From an uncultured Actinomycetota bacterium (lineage in GTDB: Bacteria > Actinomycetota > Actinomycetes > Actinomycetales > CAVURS01), in assembly GCA_963743975.1 (NCBI GenBank), contig CAVURS010000003.1:149512-213511 (forward strand): a stretch of DNA of 64,000 nt. Direction: 5' to 3'. A model generated the notes under the pieces. That model was not told the origin of the DNA and ran no database searches. It was given only the letters and a program-made list of their open reading frames with translations. The position numbers and the translations under genes were made by a program. Of the stretch, positions 1-8,829 are shown one piece after another (the stretch's first letter is position 1; the number at the start of each line of letters is the position of its first letter).

Positions 1-711
1 CAGCCCCGAGACCTCCTCGACCGACCCGAACCGGCCCATCGGCACCTCGGCCTTGGCCAGGCCGTCGAGGAACGTGTCGAGCGGAAGGTCCGGGGCGCGG
101 CGGGAGCGGATGTTCTCCCACTGCGGGGTGACGACGAAGCCGATGTTGACCGAGTTGACCAGGATGTTCTCGGCACCGAACTCGGCGGCCAGGGCCTTGT
201 TGAGGTTCAGGCAGGCCGCCCGGTTGACGGTCGTGGCGAAGAACGCCGGGTCGGGGTACTTCGCGTAGACCGCGTTGACGTTGATCACGCGAGCGGCCGT
301 GCTGCGCCGCAGATGGGGCAGAGCCGCACGGACACAACGGATCTGGGAGAACAGCTTCACGTCGAGGTCCCGATGCCAGTCCTCGTCGGTCAGCGACTCG
401 AAGTTGCCCGGCCGGGCCCCACCGGCGTTGTTGACCAGGATGTCGATGCCGCCCATCGCCGCGGCCATCGACTCGACGAAGTCGATGACCTGCTCGGGGT
501 CCGAGACGTCGGCCACGCGGTGGTGCACGCCGTCCCGCCCGCGGGTGGAGACGCCGGCGATCTCCTCGGCCGCGGCGGCCAGCTCGGCCTCGTTGCGGGA
601 GCAGATCGCCACGACCGCGCCCTCCGCGGCCAGCTCGCGAGCGACCGCCAGGCCGATCCCCTTGGACCCCCCGGTGACGACGGCCCGGCGCCCGGACAGG
701 CCCAGCTCCAT
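1..711 (-). CDS. SDR-family oxidoreductase, N-terminal part (C-terminus runs off the left edge)
   Basis: Reverse-strand translation from the ATG at 709-711 reads MELGLSGRRAVVTGGSKGIGLAVARELAAEGAVVAIC, which contains the TGxxxGIG Rossmann motif. It is absent from the ORF track because there is no stop in the window. Its ATG overlaps the cupin stop codon (ATGA). Confidence 0.8.
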   Translation of the reverse strand, partial: MELGLSGRRAVVTGGSKGIGLAVARELAAEGAVVAICSRNEAELAAAAEEIAGVSTRGRDGVHHRVADVSDPEQVIDFVESMAAAMGGIDILVNNAGGARPGNFESLTDEDWHRDLDVKLFSQIRCVRAALPHLRRSTAARVINVNAVYAKYPDPAFFATTVNRAACLNLNKALAAEFGAENILVNSVNIGFVVTPQWENIRSRRAPDLPLDTFLDGLAKAEVPMGRFGSVEEVSGL

Positions 712-1142
712 CAGGCGGTCTCCGCGCTCCGGCCGGCCTCGCGGGCCGCGCGTGCCGCGTCGAGGAGGGTCGCCCGCGGAGGGTTGAAGACGTCGACCTC
801 GCGACAGCCGCCCTCGCGGGCCACGGCGCCGTGCGGCACCCACGGCGGGATGACCGCCAGGTCGCCGGGGCGCAGGGTCCGCAGCTCCCCGTCGATGGTG
901 AAGTCCAGCTCGCCCTCGAGCATCAGCACGATCTGCTCCTCGACGTGCACGTGGAGCGGTGCCTCGGCGTGCGGCGCGAACGTCACGTAGTTGGCGAGCA
1001 TCTCCTCGCCCAGCACCGGTTGGAAGGTCACCCCGGGGGCGAACTCCACGCCGGGCACGTCGGCGACGTGGACGAACCGGCCCGCGGCGGTGGGCTCGCC
1101 GCCGGCCTCGAGGCTGAAGTGGGTGTGGTCGCTGGCGGTCAT
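711..1142 (-). CDS. cupin-domain protein
   Basis: The ORF is 711..1250. I place the start at the internal ATG at 1142, which is preceded by GGAGG (reverse complement of 1146-1150). The segment PHAEAPLHVHVEEQIVLMLEGEL...GDLAVIPPWVPHG fits the two-motif cupin pattern. Confidence 0.75.
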   Translation of the reverse strand: MTASDHTHFSLEAGGEPTAAGRFVHVADVPGVEFAPGVTFQPVLGEEMLANYVTFAPHAEAPLHVHVEEQIVLMLEGELDFTIDGELRTLRPGDLAVIPPWVPHGAVAREGGCREVDVFNPPRATLLDAARAAREAGRSAETA

Positions 1143-1354
1143 CGGACCTCCGAAGACGGGGTTGCGAGGGACTGGTCGATCTTGACAGGACTTTACACAT
1201 GCCACTTGACTACCGGCCAAAGCCTTACGTTTTGCACGTCTGTCCGTCACAGAGTTTCTGTTCCGTTCTGATCACGACGTCGGTTCAGGATGTCTGTCCA
1301 CAACATGGCTCGCGCTCCCGCTGAGCGGGTGCGGCGGGTCGGGAGGCCTCCGCG

Positions 1355-2878
1355 ATGAGCGGTCACAGCACCGACATCTCGACCTCGGCCGGCATCGGCC
1401 GCCACGGGTTCGTCGCCGAGCACGGGCTGCACACCCCCGAGCAGCTGGCCGCGACCGAGGAGGTGCTGGCTCGCATCGACGAGCTCGGCCTGCGGACGAT
1501 CCGCGTCATCGTCGTCGACCAGCACGGCCAGCCCCGGGCCAAGTTCCTGTCCCCGCGGGCGGCGGCGGCCGCCTTCACCAACGGCGTCGACTTCTCCGGC
1601 GCGATCTACAGCCTCGACACCGGGAACCACGTGTTCCCCCCGGCCTTCGCCGACGGCGGGGGGATCGGCATCGAGGAGCTCACCGGCTTCCCGGACGTCG
1701 TGATCGTGCCCGACCCGATGACGTTCCAGGTCCTGCCGTGGGCGCCGGACACCGGATGGGTCATCTGCGACGCCTACTTCGCCTCCGGCCGCCCACTGCC
1801 GCTGGACGGGCGGCGCCTCCTGCGCCAGCAGCTCGACCGCCTGGCCGCCCGGGGCCTGCGCTACCTCAGCGGGCTCGAGGTCGAGTTCAGCATCGTCCGC
1901 CGTACGACGCCGTTGATCGGCCTGGACCGCACCGGCCAGCCGGGACCGCCGCCGGACGTCGACGTCTTCCAGCTCGGCTACCAGTACCTCTCCGAGGTCC
2001 GGATGGACTCCGTGATCGACACGCTGACCGCCCTGCGCGACGGGCTGGACGCGGTCGGCCTGCTGCCGAGGTCCATGGAGGACGAGTGGGGCCCGGGCCA
2101 GATGGAGTTCAGCCTGAGCCCGATGGAGGGTCTCGGCTCGGCCGACGCCATGGTGCTCTTCCGGAGCGCGATCAAGCAGATCTGCTCCCGGCGCGGCCTG
2201 ATGGCGTCGTTCATGTGCTGGCCGCACCTGCCGAACTTCTTCCCCAACGGCTGGCACCTGCACGGCTCGCTGCTGGACGCCAACGGCAGCAACGTGTTCG
2301 CGTCCGCCGACGAGGTGCTCTCGCCGACCGCCCGGTCCTACCTCGCGGGAGTGCTCGAGCACGCGCGGGCCATGACGCCGTTCGCCACCCCGACGATCAA
2401 CGGCATCCGGCGCTTCCGGCCGTACTCCTTCGCGCCGGACCGGGTGGCCTGGGCGGTCGAGAACCGCGGCGCGCTGGTCCGCGTGCAGGGTGGGCCCGGG
2501 GACAGCGGCACCCACCTGGAGAACCGGCTGGGGGAGCCGGCCGCGAACCCGTACCTCTACCTGGCCGCGGACATCGCGGCCGGGCTCGACGGCATCGAGC
2601 GCGAGCTCACCCCGCCGGACCCGATCGCCGGCAACCCGTACGAGAGCGACGCACCGACCCTGCCGACGACCCTGGGCGACGCGCTCGACGCCCTGGACGG
2701 CGACGCGATGTACCGCGAGCAGTTCGGTGACGGGTTCGTCGACTACTTCCTCATGATGAAGCGCGAGGAGCTGACCCGGGCCTCCGACGAGGCGTCGGAG
2801 CTCCCCGAGTCCCAGGGGGGCGACACGGACGCAGAGGCCCGTGCGTGGGAGATGCGGGAGTACTTCGAGTTCTTCTGA
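1355..2878 (+). CDS. glutamine synthetase-family enzyme (gamma-glutamyl-amine ligase-like, GlnA3/GlnA4 type)
   Basis: 507-aa ORF with GGGAGG 8 nt upstream of the ATG. The N-terminal beta-grasp-like region (IRVIVVDQHGQPRAKF) and the catalytic region (GLEVEF, EWGPGQMEF, NGWHLH, ENRGALVRV) resemble the GS catalytic domain. Confidence 0.8.
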   Translation: MSGHSTDISTSAGIGRHGFVAEHGLHTPEQLAATEEVLARIDELGLRTIRVIVVDQHGQPRAKFLSPRAAAAAFTNGVDFSGAIYSLDTGNHVFPPAFADGGGIGIEELTGFPDVVIVPDPMTFQVLPWAPDTGWVICDAYFASGRPLPLDGRRLLRQQLDRLAARGLRYLSGLEVEFSIVRRTTPLIGLDRTGQPGPPPDVDVFQLGYQYLSEVRMDSVIDTLTALRDGLDAVGLLPRSMEDEWGPGQMEFSLSPMEGLGSADAMVLFRSAIKQICSRRGLMASFMCWPHLPNFFPNGWHLHGSLLDANGSNVFASADEVLSPTARSYLAGVLEHARAMTPFATPTINGIRRFRPYSFAPDRVAWAVENRGALVRVQGGPGDSGTHLENRLGEPAANPYLYLAADIAAGLDGIERELTPPDPIAGNPYESDAPTLPTTLGDALDALDGDAMYREQFGDGFVDYFLMMKREELTRASDEASELPESQGGDTDAEARAWEMREYFEFF

Positions 2879-2924
2879 GGAAGTGGGCAAGGCATCCCCA
2901 TCCCGATGCGCCTGGAGACGACTG

Positions 2925-3275
2925 ATGACCGTGCAACACGTGGTGCTCTTCGCGTTCGCCGAGGACCTGTCCGACGCGGACGAGAAGGACATGCGCGCGC
3001 AGGTGGAGTCGTGGCCGGCCGAGATCGGCCAGATCAACCTGATCCGGCTCGGCAAGGACATCACCGGGGAGCGGACCCGCGGTCACCAGTACCTGCTCTA
3101 CACCGAGTTCGACTCCGTCGAGCTCCTGCACCGCTACCAGCAGCACCCCGTGCACCGCAGGTTCCTGGCCTGGGTGCTCGACCACGGCTGTACGCCGCTG
3201 GCGTTCGACTACGAGCTGTCGCAGGACACCGTCATCTGGCCGCAGCGTGCGGCGGATCCCCTTGAGGAGCGATGA
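2925..3275 (+). CDS. Dabb (stress-responsive alpha/beta-barrel) domain protein
   Basis: The sequence MTVQHVVLFAFAEDLSDADEKDMRAQVESWPAEIGQI...YQQHPVHRRF is typical of Dabb domains. The ATG at 2925 lies within ORF 2841..3275. Confidence 0.8.
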   Translation: MTVQHVVLFAFAEDLSDADEKDMRAQVESWPAEIGQINLIRLGKDITGERTRGHQYLLYTEFDSVELLHRYQQHPVHRRFLAWVLDHGCTPLAFDYELSQDTVIWPQRAADPLEER

Positions 3276-3276
3276 G

Positions 3277-4755
3277 ATGGGCATGATCTCCGAACCGGCC
3301 TCCCCGCAGGGAGAGCAGCGGCTGGCCAAGGGCGCGCTGTCGACGCTCGACGCCGTCGTGATCTCCGTCTCCGTCCTGGCGCCCGGGATGGCGATGTTCC
3401 TGAACGTGCCGGGCGTCGCGGCCGTGGCCGGCGGATCCACGCCGCTGGCCTTCCTGCTCGGCGGCATCGCCTGTCTCGCACTGGCTCTGGTCGTCATCGG
3501 CTTCACCCGGCGGATGGCCGCGGCCGGCTACGCGTACACGTACGCCAGCCGGAGCCTCGGCAAGTCGGCGGGCTTCATGGCCGGCTGGCTCTACGCCTTC
3601 GGGCTGATCTGCTTCGTCCCGATGACGATGGCCGGCGTGGCCTACCTCGCGACCGACCTGCTCAAGCTGAGCTCGGGCTGGTGGTTCCCGATCTTCCTCG
3701 TGGGCATGGTCCTGCTCGTCGTGCTGTCGATCATCCGGATCAAGGTCACCACGCGGGTGCAGCTCGTCATCGGCGTCCTGACCGTCGCCCTCATCGTCAT
3801 CGTCGACCTGGTCGTGACGGCCAAGGGCGGCGCGCACGGGAACTCGTTGCAGCCGTTCAGCTTCGGCCACACCAACAAGGGCGGGTTCTCCGGCGTCTTC
3901 TACGGGATCATCCTCGGCATCACGTCCTACATCGGCTTCGAGACCGCGGCCGACTTCGGCGAGGAGACGGCGAACCCGCGGCGGGCCATCCCGGTCGCCG
4001 TGCTCGCCTCCGTGGGCTTCGCGATCCTGTTCTACCTCTGGACGACGTACAGCCTGACGATCGGCTTCGGCGACGGGGCGAAGTTCGGCTCCGACCCCTC
4101 GGCCCTGAAGACGATCGCCGACAAGTTCGTCGGCGGCCCGGTGCCGCAGCTGCTCGAGATCGGCGCGATGCTCTCGGCGTTCGTCGTCTGCGTGGGCTGC
4201 GCCACGGCCGGCACCCGCACGCTGTTCGCCATGGGCCGCGAGGGCGTGCTGCCGTCGTGGCTCGGGAAGACCCACCCGACGTTCCGCACGCCGGCCAACG
4301 CGACGCTCGCGGTCGCGGGGGTCAGCACGGTGCTCGCGGCGTTCGTCGGGTTCGTGATGGGCCAGGACGCGCTGGGCGGCCAGCCGATCACCGTCTACTA
4401 CTTCTTCGCGACGCTCGGCACGCTGCCGGTGATCGTCGTCTACATCGGGCTGTGCCTCGGCGGGGCGGTCTTCTTCAAGCAGACGCACCGGTCGTACAAC
4501 CCGCTGATCCACCTCGTCGTGCCGGTCGTCGGCGCGCTGCTGTTCGCGGCCGCGCTGTACGGCTCGATCTACCCGACGCCGCCCCACCCCTTGAACTACA
4601 CGCCGTACATCACGGTGATCTGGATCGTCCTCGGGCTGGTGGTCCTGAGCATGCTGCGCTCGCGGCGGCCGGAGGCCGTGCAGCGGATCGGCTCGATCCT
4701 CGGCGAGGAGGGCGGCGAGGACGACGACGTCGACCAGGTGGTGGCCAAGATCTGA
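3277..4755 (+). CDS. APC-superfamily amino acid/polyamine permease
   Basis: Multi-TM hydrophobic protein in ORF 3247..4755. The ATG at 3277 sits 1 nt after the Dabb stop codon and is preceded by GAGGAG. The N-terminal STLDAVVISVSVLAPG and later YAYTYASRSLG segments are APC-like. Confidence 0.8.
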   Translation: MGMISEPASPQGEQRLAKGALSTLDAVVISVSVLAPGMAMFLNVPGVAAVAGGSTPLAFLLGGIACLALALVVIGFTRRMAAAGYAYTYASRSLGKSAGFMAGWLYAFGLICFVPMTMAGVAYLATDLLKLSSGWWFPIFLVGMVLLVVLSIIRIKVTTRVQLVIGVLTVALIVIVDLVVTAKGGAHGNSLQPFSFGHTNKGGFSGVFYGIILGITSYIGFETAADFGEETANPRRAIPVAVLASVGFAILFYLWTTYSLTIGFGDGAKFGSDPSALKTIADKFVGGPVPQLLEIGAMLSAFVVCVGCATAGTRTLFAMGREGVLPSWLGKTHPTFRTPANATLAVAGVSTVLAAFVGFVMGQDALGGQPITVYYFFATLGTLPVIVVYIGLCLGGAVFFKQTHRSYNPLIHLVVPVVGALLFAAALYGSIYPTPPHPLNYTPYITVIWIVLGLVVLSMLRSRRPEAVQRIGSILGEEGGEDDDVDQVVAKI

Positions 4756-4871
4756 ACGTTCGGGGTCGACCGAGCGCAGGCCTGGGCCGGACGGCTGGGC
4801 CGGGTTGTGGATCCCGGATCCGGGTGGTCCACTGACTGCAGCTGTCCGGTACCCGCGACGAAGGAGTCGCC

Positions 4872-5063
4872 ATGGCCTCGATGCTGTCTCACGCCACCGT
4901 GCAGAAGACCCTGCCGGAGACCGGGCAGACGCCGGCACCCGCCGCACCTGCCGACCCGGCCGCGAGCGCCGAGTCGGCCCAGGAGCTCGGGCGGGCGCTG
5001 ACCGACGGGCTCAGGGTGCTGGAGGCCGACGCCCCCAAGGACCCGTCGTACTGGTGGGGCTGA
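4872..5063 (+). CDS. small hypothetical protein (63 aa)
   Basis: GAAGGAG lies 6 nt upstream of the ATG and the composition is not shadow-like. I recognise no family. Confidence 0.4.
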   Translation: MASMLSHATVQKTLPETGQTPAPAAPADPAASAESAQELGRALTDGLRVLEADAPKDPSYWWG

Positions 5064-5066
5064 GCG

Positions 5067-5777
5067 CTAGCCGCCGCCGGAGCCCAGGCCGGCGATGAGG
5101 TTGATCGTCGTCGCCAGGATCACCGCTCCGAACAGGTAGGACAGCAGCGCCTGCCGCAACGCGGTCGCCCGTAGCCGGGTGCTCTGCAGATCCGTGTCGG
5201 ACACCTGGAACGTCATGCCGAGCGTGAAGGCCAGGTAGGCGAAGTCGGAGTACTGCGGCGGCTCGTCCTGGTTGAAGCTCACCGCTCCGGGGGGGTCGTC
5301 GCCGTAGTACAGGACCGCGTACCGCAGCGTGAACAGCGTGTGGAGCATCACCCACGACAGGGCCACGCTGACGATGGCCAGGGCCGCGAGCACCGCCTTC
5401 TCCACGCCCTTCGTGGAGTTCGCCGACACGAGCACCACGGCCACCGCCGCGAGGCTGGCGATCGTGGCGACGATGATCAGCACGTCCGTGGAGTGCGCCG
5501 TGGGGTCGACCTCGCTCGCGAGGTCCTTGGTCTCGTCCGCGTCCATCGGCCACACCGTGATCCACACCCAGGCCACGAAGACCGCGACGGTCACGTCCCA
5601 CCCGACCATCGGGGCCAGCTCGTTGCGGGTCAGGACCAGTGTCAGCACGCCGGCGACGATGCCCGCGGCGACCGCGATGGCCAGTCGGTGCCGTGACCTC
5701 GGCACCCGCCACGGGGACGCGGATCCGGCCGGCTTGCCCCTCGCGGGGCGCCCGGCCGGCTTCGCCGGTCTGCTCAT
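5067..5777 (-). CDS. DUF1345-like integral membrane protein
   Basis: The internal ATG at 5777 of ORF 5067..5858 is the likely start. The protein has several TM segments and the motif LHTLFTLRYAVLYYG...FAYLAFTLGMTFQVSD, which is characteristic of DUF1345. Confidence 0.65.
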   Translation of the reverse strand: MSRPAKPAGRPARGKPAGSASPWRVPRSRHRLAIAVAAGIVAGVLTLVLTRNELAPMVGWDVTVAVFVAWVWITVWPMDADETKDLASEVDPTAHSTDVLIIVATIASLAAVAVVLVSANSTKGVEKAVLAALAIVSVALSWVMLHTLFTLRYAVLYYGDDPPGAVSFNQDEPPQYSDFAYLAFTLGMTFQVSDTDLQSTRLRATALRQALLSYLFGAVILATTINLIAGLGSGGG

Positions 5778-5950
5778 GCCCCCATCGTCTCCCCCCACGC
5801 CGACTTCCGACACCTTGGGACGGTACGTCCCGTGGCCAGGCGGTCCAGGACCGAGCACTTCGATGAATGTCTGGTGCCGACTATGGACCTTTGCGCGCTG
5901 CGGGTCTAAGACGGGGCTGCCGGGTCTCCCGTCGCTGGAGAGGAACAGTC

Positions 5951-7096
5951 ATGCGCAGTCGCAGTCTTTCCCTTGTCGGTCTTGCGGTCGGTGCGCTCCT
6001 CGTACCGGTCATCGGCGCCCAGACGGCGTCCGCCACCTCGTCCACCTCGCCCGCGGTCCACACCGTCGTGGCCCACCTCAACAACCCGCGCGGCCTCGCG
6101 GTCGACGCACACGGACGGATCTGGATCGCCGAGTCCGGGAAGGGCGGCCCGAGCTGCCAGGGCTCGGGTGCGAACGCCACCTGCGTCGGCCTGACCAGCT
6201 CGGTCTCCACGTTCGCCGACGGAAAGCTGACGCGCGTGATCACGCGGCTGATCTCGGTCGGAGGTGCCGGCGGCGTCGGGACCTCGGGCGCCTCGGCCGT
6301 CGCGGTCGCCGGCGGACGGGTCGACGTCATCATGGGTGAGTCGGCGTTCGCGGTGCCGCCGTCGGGGTTCCCCAAGCCGCTGCTCACCGCGGCCCGGACC
6401 GAGCTGGGGCAGCTCATCGTGTCCAGCCCGTCCGGCCAGTGGGGCACGGCCGCGGCGGTCGGCAGCCGTGACTACGTCTGGACCAGCAACCACAAGTTCC
6501 TGCAGCCCGACCAGTTCCCGGACGCCAACCCGAACGGCATCGCCGTGGTCGACGGCACCGTGATGGTGGCCGACGCCGGTGCCAACCTGGTCTCCCGGGT
6601 CGGGTCGCACGGAGCGGTGAACACCGTGGCCTACCTGCAGGTGCCGAAGGGCAGCATGACCGACGGCGTGCCGACCTGCCTCGCGCAGGGTCCGGACGGA
6701 GCGCTGTACGTCGGCGAGCTGCTGGGCGGGACCTTCGCCCCGGGCGGCGCCCGGGTGTGGCGGATCACGATGTCCGGCGGCACGGCCCATGCCAGCGTGT
6801 GGCGCACGGGCTTCACCACGATCCAGGGCTGCGGCTTCGACGCCAAGGGCAACTTCTACGCCACCGAGTTCCAGGTCAACGGGCTGAACGAGGACCCGAC
6901 AGCGAGCCCGCTGGGTGACGTCGTGAAGGTCACGCCGTCCGGGAAGCGCACACACCTGGGCACCGGCCAGCTGTTCTGGCCCTCGGGCTTCGCGGCCGGC
7001 CCCCACGGCTCGATCTACGTCTCGAACTGCAGCATCGCTCCGGCGAGCGGGTTCGGGCCGTGCCCGAAGGGCGGCTCGGTGGTCCGGATCGGGTGA
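5951..7096 (+). CDS. secreted beta-propeller protein (ScyD/ScyE- or NHL/SGL-like)
   Basis: The ATG at 5951 is preceded by GGAGAGG. There is a signal peptide (MRSRSLSLVGLAVGALLVPVIGAQTASA). Repeated NPRGLAVD / NPNGIAVVDG / GPDGALYVGE blades are visible. Confidence 0.7.
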   Translation: MRSRSLSLVGLAVGALLVPVIGAQTASATSSTSPAVHTVVAHLNNPRGLAVDAHGRIWIAESGKGGPSCQGSGANATCVGLTSSVSTFADGKLTRVITRLISVGGAGGVGTSGASAVAVAGGRVDVIMGESAFAVPPSGFPKPLLTAARTELGQLIVSSPSGQWGTAAAVGSRDYVWTSNHKFLQPDQFPDANPNGIAVVDGTVMVADAGANLVSRVGSHGAVNTVAYLQVPKGSMTDGVPTCLAQGPDGALYVGELLGGTFAPGGARVWRITMSGGTAHASVWRTGFTTIQGCGFDAKGNFYATEFQVNGLNEDPTASPLGDVVKVTPSGKRTHLGTGQLFWPSGFAAGPHGSIYVSNCSIAPASGFGPCPKGGSVVRIG

Positions 7097-7277
7097 GCCG
7101 GCGCCGTCCGTTGGACGAGCCACTCACCGATGGCGTGGTTGGCCGGATGGTGTCAATGACGCGCAGAGGCCAACGCGACGGCCGTCGAGCAGGGCATGAT
7201 CGTGCTCGCTGCCGGCGGGTGTAACAGGGGACAGTCGCCGGCGGTGGTGCGGTCCACGGATCGTGCAGGGGGTGAGC

Positions 7278-7307
7278 CGCCGGCCCGGGCGAAGGCCCGG
7301 GCCGGCG
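7278..7307. terminator. 13-bp perfect GC hairpin (CGCCGGCCCGGGC-GAAG-GCCCGGGCCGGCG)
   Basis: Read directly from the sequence. It lies inside the 568-bp non-coding gap, 180 nt downstream of the propeller gene stop. It has no clear U-tract, so its orientation and function are uncertain. Confidence 0.35.
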
Positions 7308-7664
7308 CTTACCCCTTTCCGCACCTGCCCGTCTGCGGTGGAGTGTTTCCTCCAGGCAACGATCCGGGTCCTTCTCGGTATTCGCCGGACAGGCCTGGGT
7401 GATTTGTCCTAGTCTCGTTCTCAGGTCGTCCACCCCGGCGACCAGACGCTGGGTGCCCGCGAAGCCCGCTCCCTCGAGTCCCCGCGGGCACCCAGCACCC
7501 GATCCCCGAAGTGGTTGCGGCACAGCGAAACCGCCCGGTACCGTCGATGCAACGCATCAGGGGGGTGCGGGCCGCGCTGCGCGCGGTGATCGGCGATCGG
7601 CGGGGGCCCAGTCGTGTTTTCTCCGGCATCCATCACGGACCGTCCCGCCGAGCGCGACAGGGGG

Positions 7665-8282
7665 ATGGCGATGACCACAGATCACATCAGGTCGATCCGG
7701 TTGACCCGCGAGCTGAGTGTCGAGAACAGCGTGGTGCTGCTGCTCGACCACCAGCTGGGCCTGCTGGAGGTGGTCCAGGGCGCGGATCCGGACGACGTGC
7801 GGGAGAACGTCCTGGCCCTCGCGCGGACCGCCCGGCTGCTGGACGTGCCGGTGCTGCTGTCGACCAGCCGCGACTGGGGGCCCAACGGCCGGCTGCTCCC
7901 CGAGCTCGAGCGGCTCTTCCCCGAGGTGGAGGTGCACCGGCGCCCGGGCTTCATCAACGCCTACCGCTGGCCGGCCTTCCGGCAGGCTCTGGAGGCGACC
8001 GGACGCCGCCGCGTGGTGCTCGCCGCGCTCACCGACGCCAGCTGTCCACCGTTCCCCGCCCTCGACCTGGTCGACGACGGGTACGAGGTGCACGCGGTCC
8101 TGGACTCCAGTGGCGCCGAGCTGCCCGAGCACGTCGTCCGCGAGCCCGTGGCGGGCATGCTGGCCGACGCCGGGGTCCGGATGAAGACCTGGTTCACGGT
8201 GGCCGCCGAGCTGATCTCCGGGTGGGGCAGCGACGGCACGGCTGGCCTCGACGCCGCCGGTCTCGACGCCGCGGTCGCGTAG
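7665..8282 (+). CDS. isochorismatase-family hydrolase
   Basis: ORF 7614..8282; I place the start at the ATG at 7665, after GGGGGA. The segments VVLLLDHQLGLL, ...RRRVVLAALTDASC and YEVHAVLDSSG fit the cysteine-hydrolase (isochorismatase) fold. Confidence 0.75.
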   Translation: MAMTTDHIRSIRLTRELSVENSVVLLLDHQLGLLEVVQGADPDDVRENVLALARTARLLDVPVLLSTSRDWGPNGRLLPELERLFPEVEVHRRPGFINAYRWPAFRQALEATGRRRVVLAALTDASCPPFPALDLVDDGYEVHAVLDSSGAELPEHVVREPVAGMLADAGVRMKTWFTVAAELISGWGSDGTAGLDAAGLDAAVA

Positions 8283-8769
8283 GCGTCAGGTCCTCGGGCG
8301 TCGGCCCGGCGAGGGTCCACCCGGCCGGAGTCATCTCCCGCCCCACGCTCGCCTCGCGGACCGGCTCGCCGCAGGTCCGGCAGACCGTGGCGGCGGCCAG
8401 CGGGTGATCGTGGTGCGTCAGCCGCATCGGCGGCGCCGTGACCGCCCAGCGGTCACCCCAGGTCAGCAGGGCGCGGATGACCGGGGCGAGGTCGCGACCG
8501 GACCGGGTGAGGAAGTAGCCCTCGTGCCGCGGGTCGTCCTTGAGCGGCCGCCGCTCGAGGACCTCGGCGTCGACCAGCGCGCGCAGCCGTGCGGTCAGTC
8601 GGTCCCGCGGCGCGCCCGTGTTGCGAGCGATCTCGTTGAACCGGTGGTTGCCGAACATCACCTCGCGCACGGCGAGCAGCGACCACCGGTCACCGACCAG
8701 CTCCAGCGCCGCCGCCACCGAGCAGGGCCGGCCGGGCAGGGTCATCGGGTCTTGTCGTTCGTGCGTCAC
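8194..8769 (-). CDS. HxlR-family winged-helix transcriptional regulator
   Basis: CSVAAALELVGDRWSLLAVREVMFGNHRFNEIARNTGAPRDRLTARLRALVDAEVLERR is the canonical HxlR domain. The Arg-rich C-terminal tail is antisense to the isochorismatase gene, so the true functional end is uncertain. Confidence 0.8.
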   Translation of the reverse strand: MTHERQDPMTLPGRPCSVAAALELVGDRWSLLAVREVMFGNHRFNEIARNTGAPRDRLTARLRALVDAEVLERRPLKDDPRHEGYFLTRSGRDLAPVIRALLTWGDRWAVTAPPMRLTHHDHPLAAATVCRTCGEPVREASVGREMTPAGWTLAGPTPEDLTPTRPRRRDRRRRGQPCRRCPTRRSARRPP

Positions 8770-8792
8770 GGCACCAGGCTATCTCCTCAAAG

Positions 8793-8807
8793 GTTTGATT
8801 ATCAAAC
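8793..8807. promoter_or_regulatory. perfect palindrome GTTTGAT-T-ATCAAAC in the HxlR/MFS divergent promoter region
   Basis: Read directly from the sequence. It sits in a low-GC patch between the HxlR start (8769) and the MFS start (8830), which makes it a candidate HxlR operator. Confidence 0.5.
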
Positions 8808-8829
8808 TTGACTCGGCTACGGTCGGCGC

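Noticed and set aside
1238-1299. A possible GlnR box upstream of the GS-like gene (direct repeat GTCTGTCC; nearby GTCAC and GTTTC elements).
   Set aside because: The elements do not fit the gTnAc-n6-GaAAc spacing of described GlnR sites on either strand. I retain it only as an unexplained direct repeat.
1247-4947. Long minus-strand ORFs 1247..3064 (605 aa) and 3232..4947 (571 aa).
   Set aside because: They are antisense to the GS-like, Dabb and APC-permease genes, which have clear motifs and ribosome-binding sites. Their composition (R/G/P/D/H runs) is shadow-like.
7330-7440. A possible TPP (THI-box) riboswitch on the minus strand: GGGGUG…CUGAGA…CACCC…CCUGUCCGGCGAAUACCGAGAAGGA.
   Set aside because: The resemblance is only loose. 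I cannot draw the P3 stem or a proper CUGG/CCAG P5 pairing, and there is no minus-strand gene downstream for it to control. A covariance-model scan would be needed before making this call.
8221-8280. A tandem 15-nt duplication (GGCCTCGACGCCGCC / GGTCTCGACGCCGCG) that encodes GLDAA twice.
   Set aside because: It is a trivial in-frame duplication at the C-terminus of the isochorismatase-family protein. There is no sign of a repeat array or mobile-element end.
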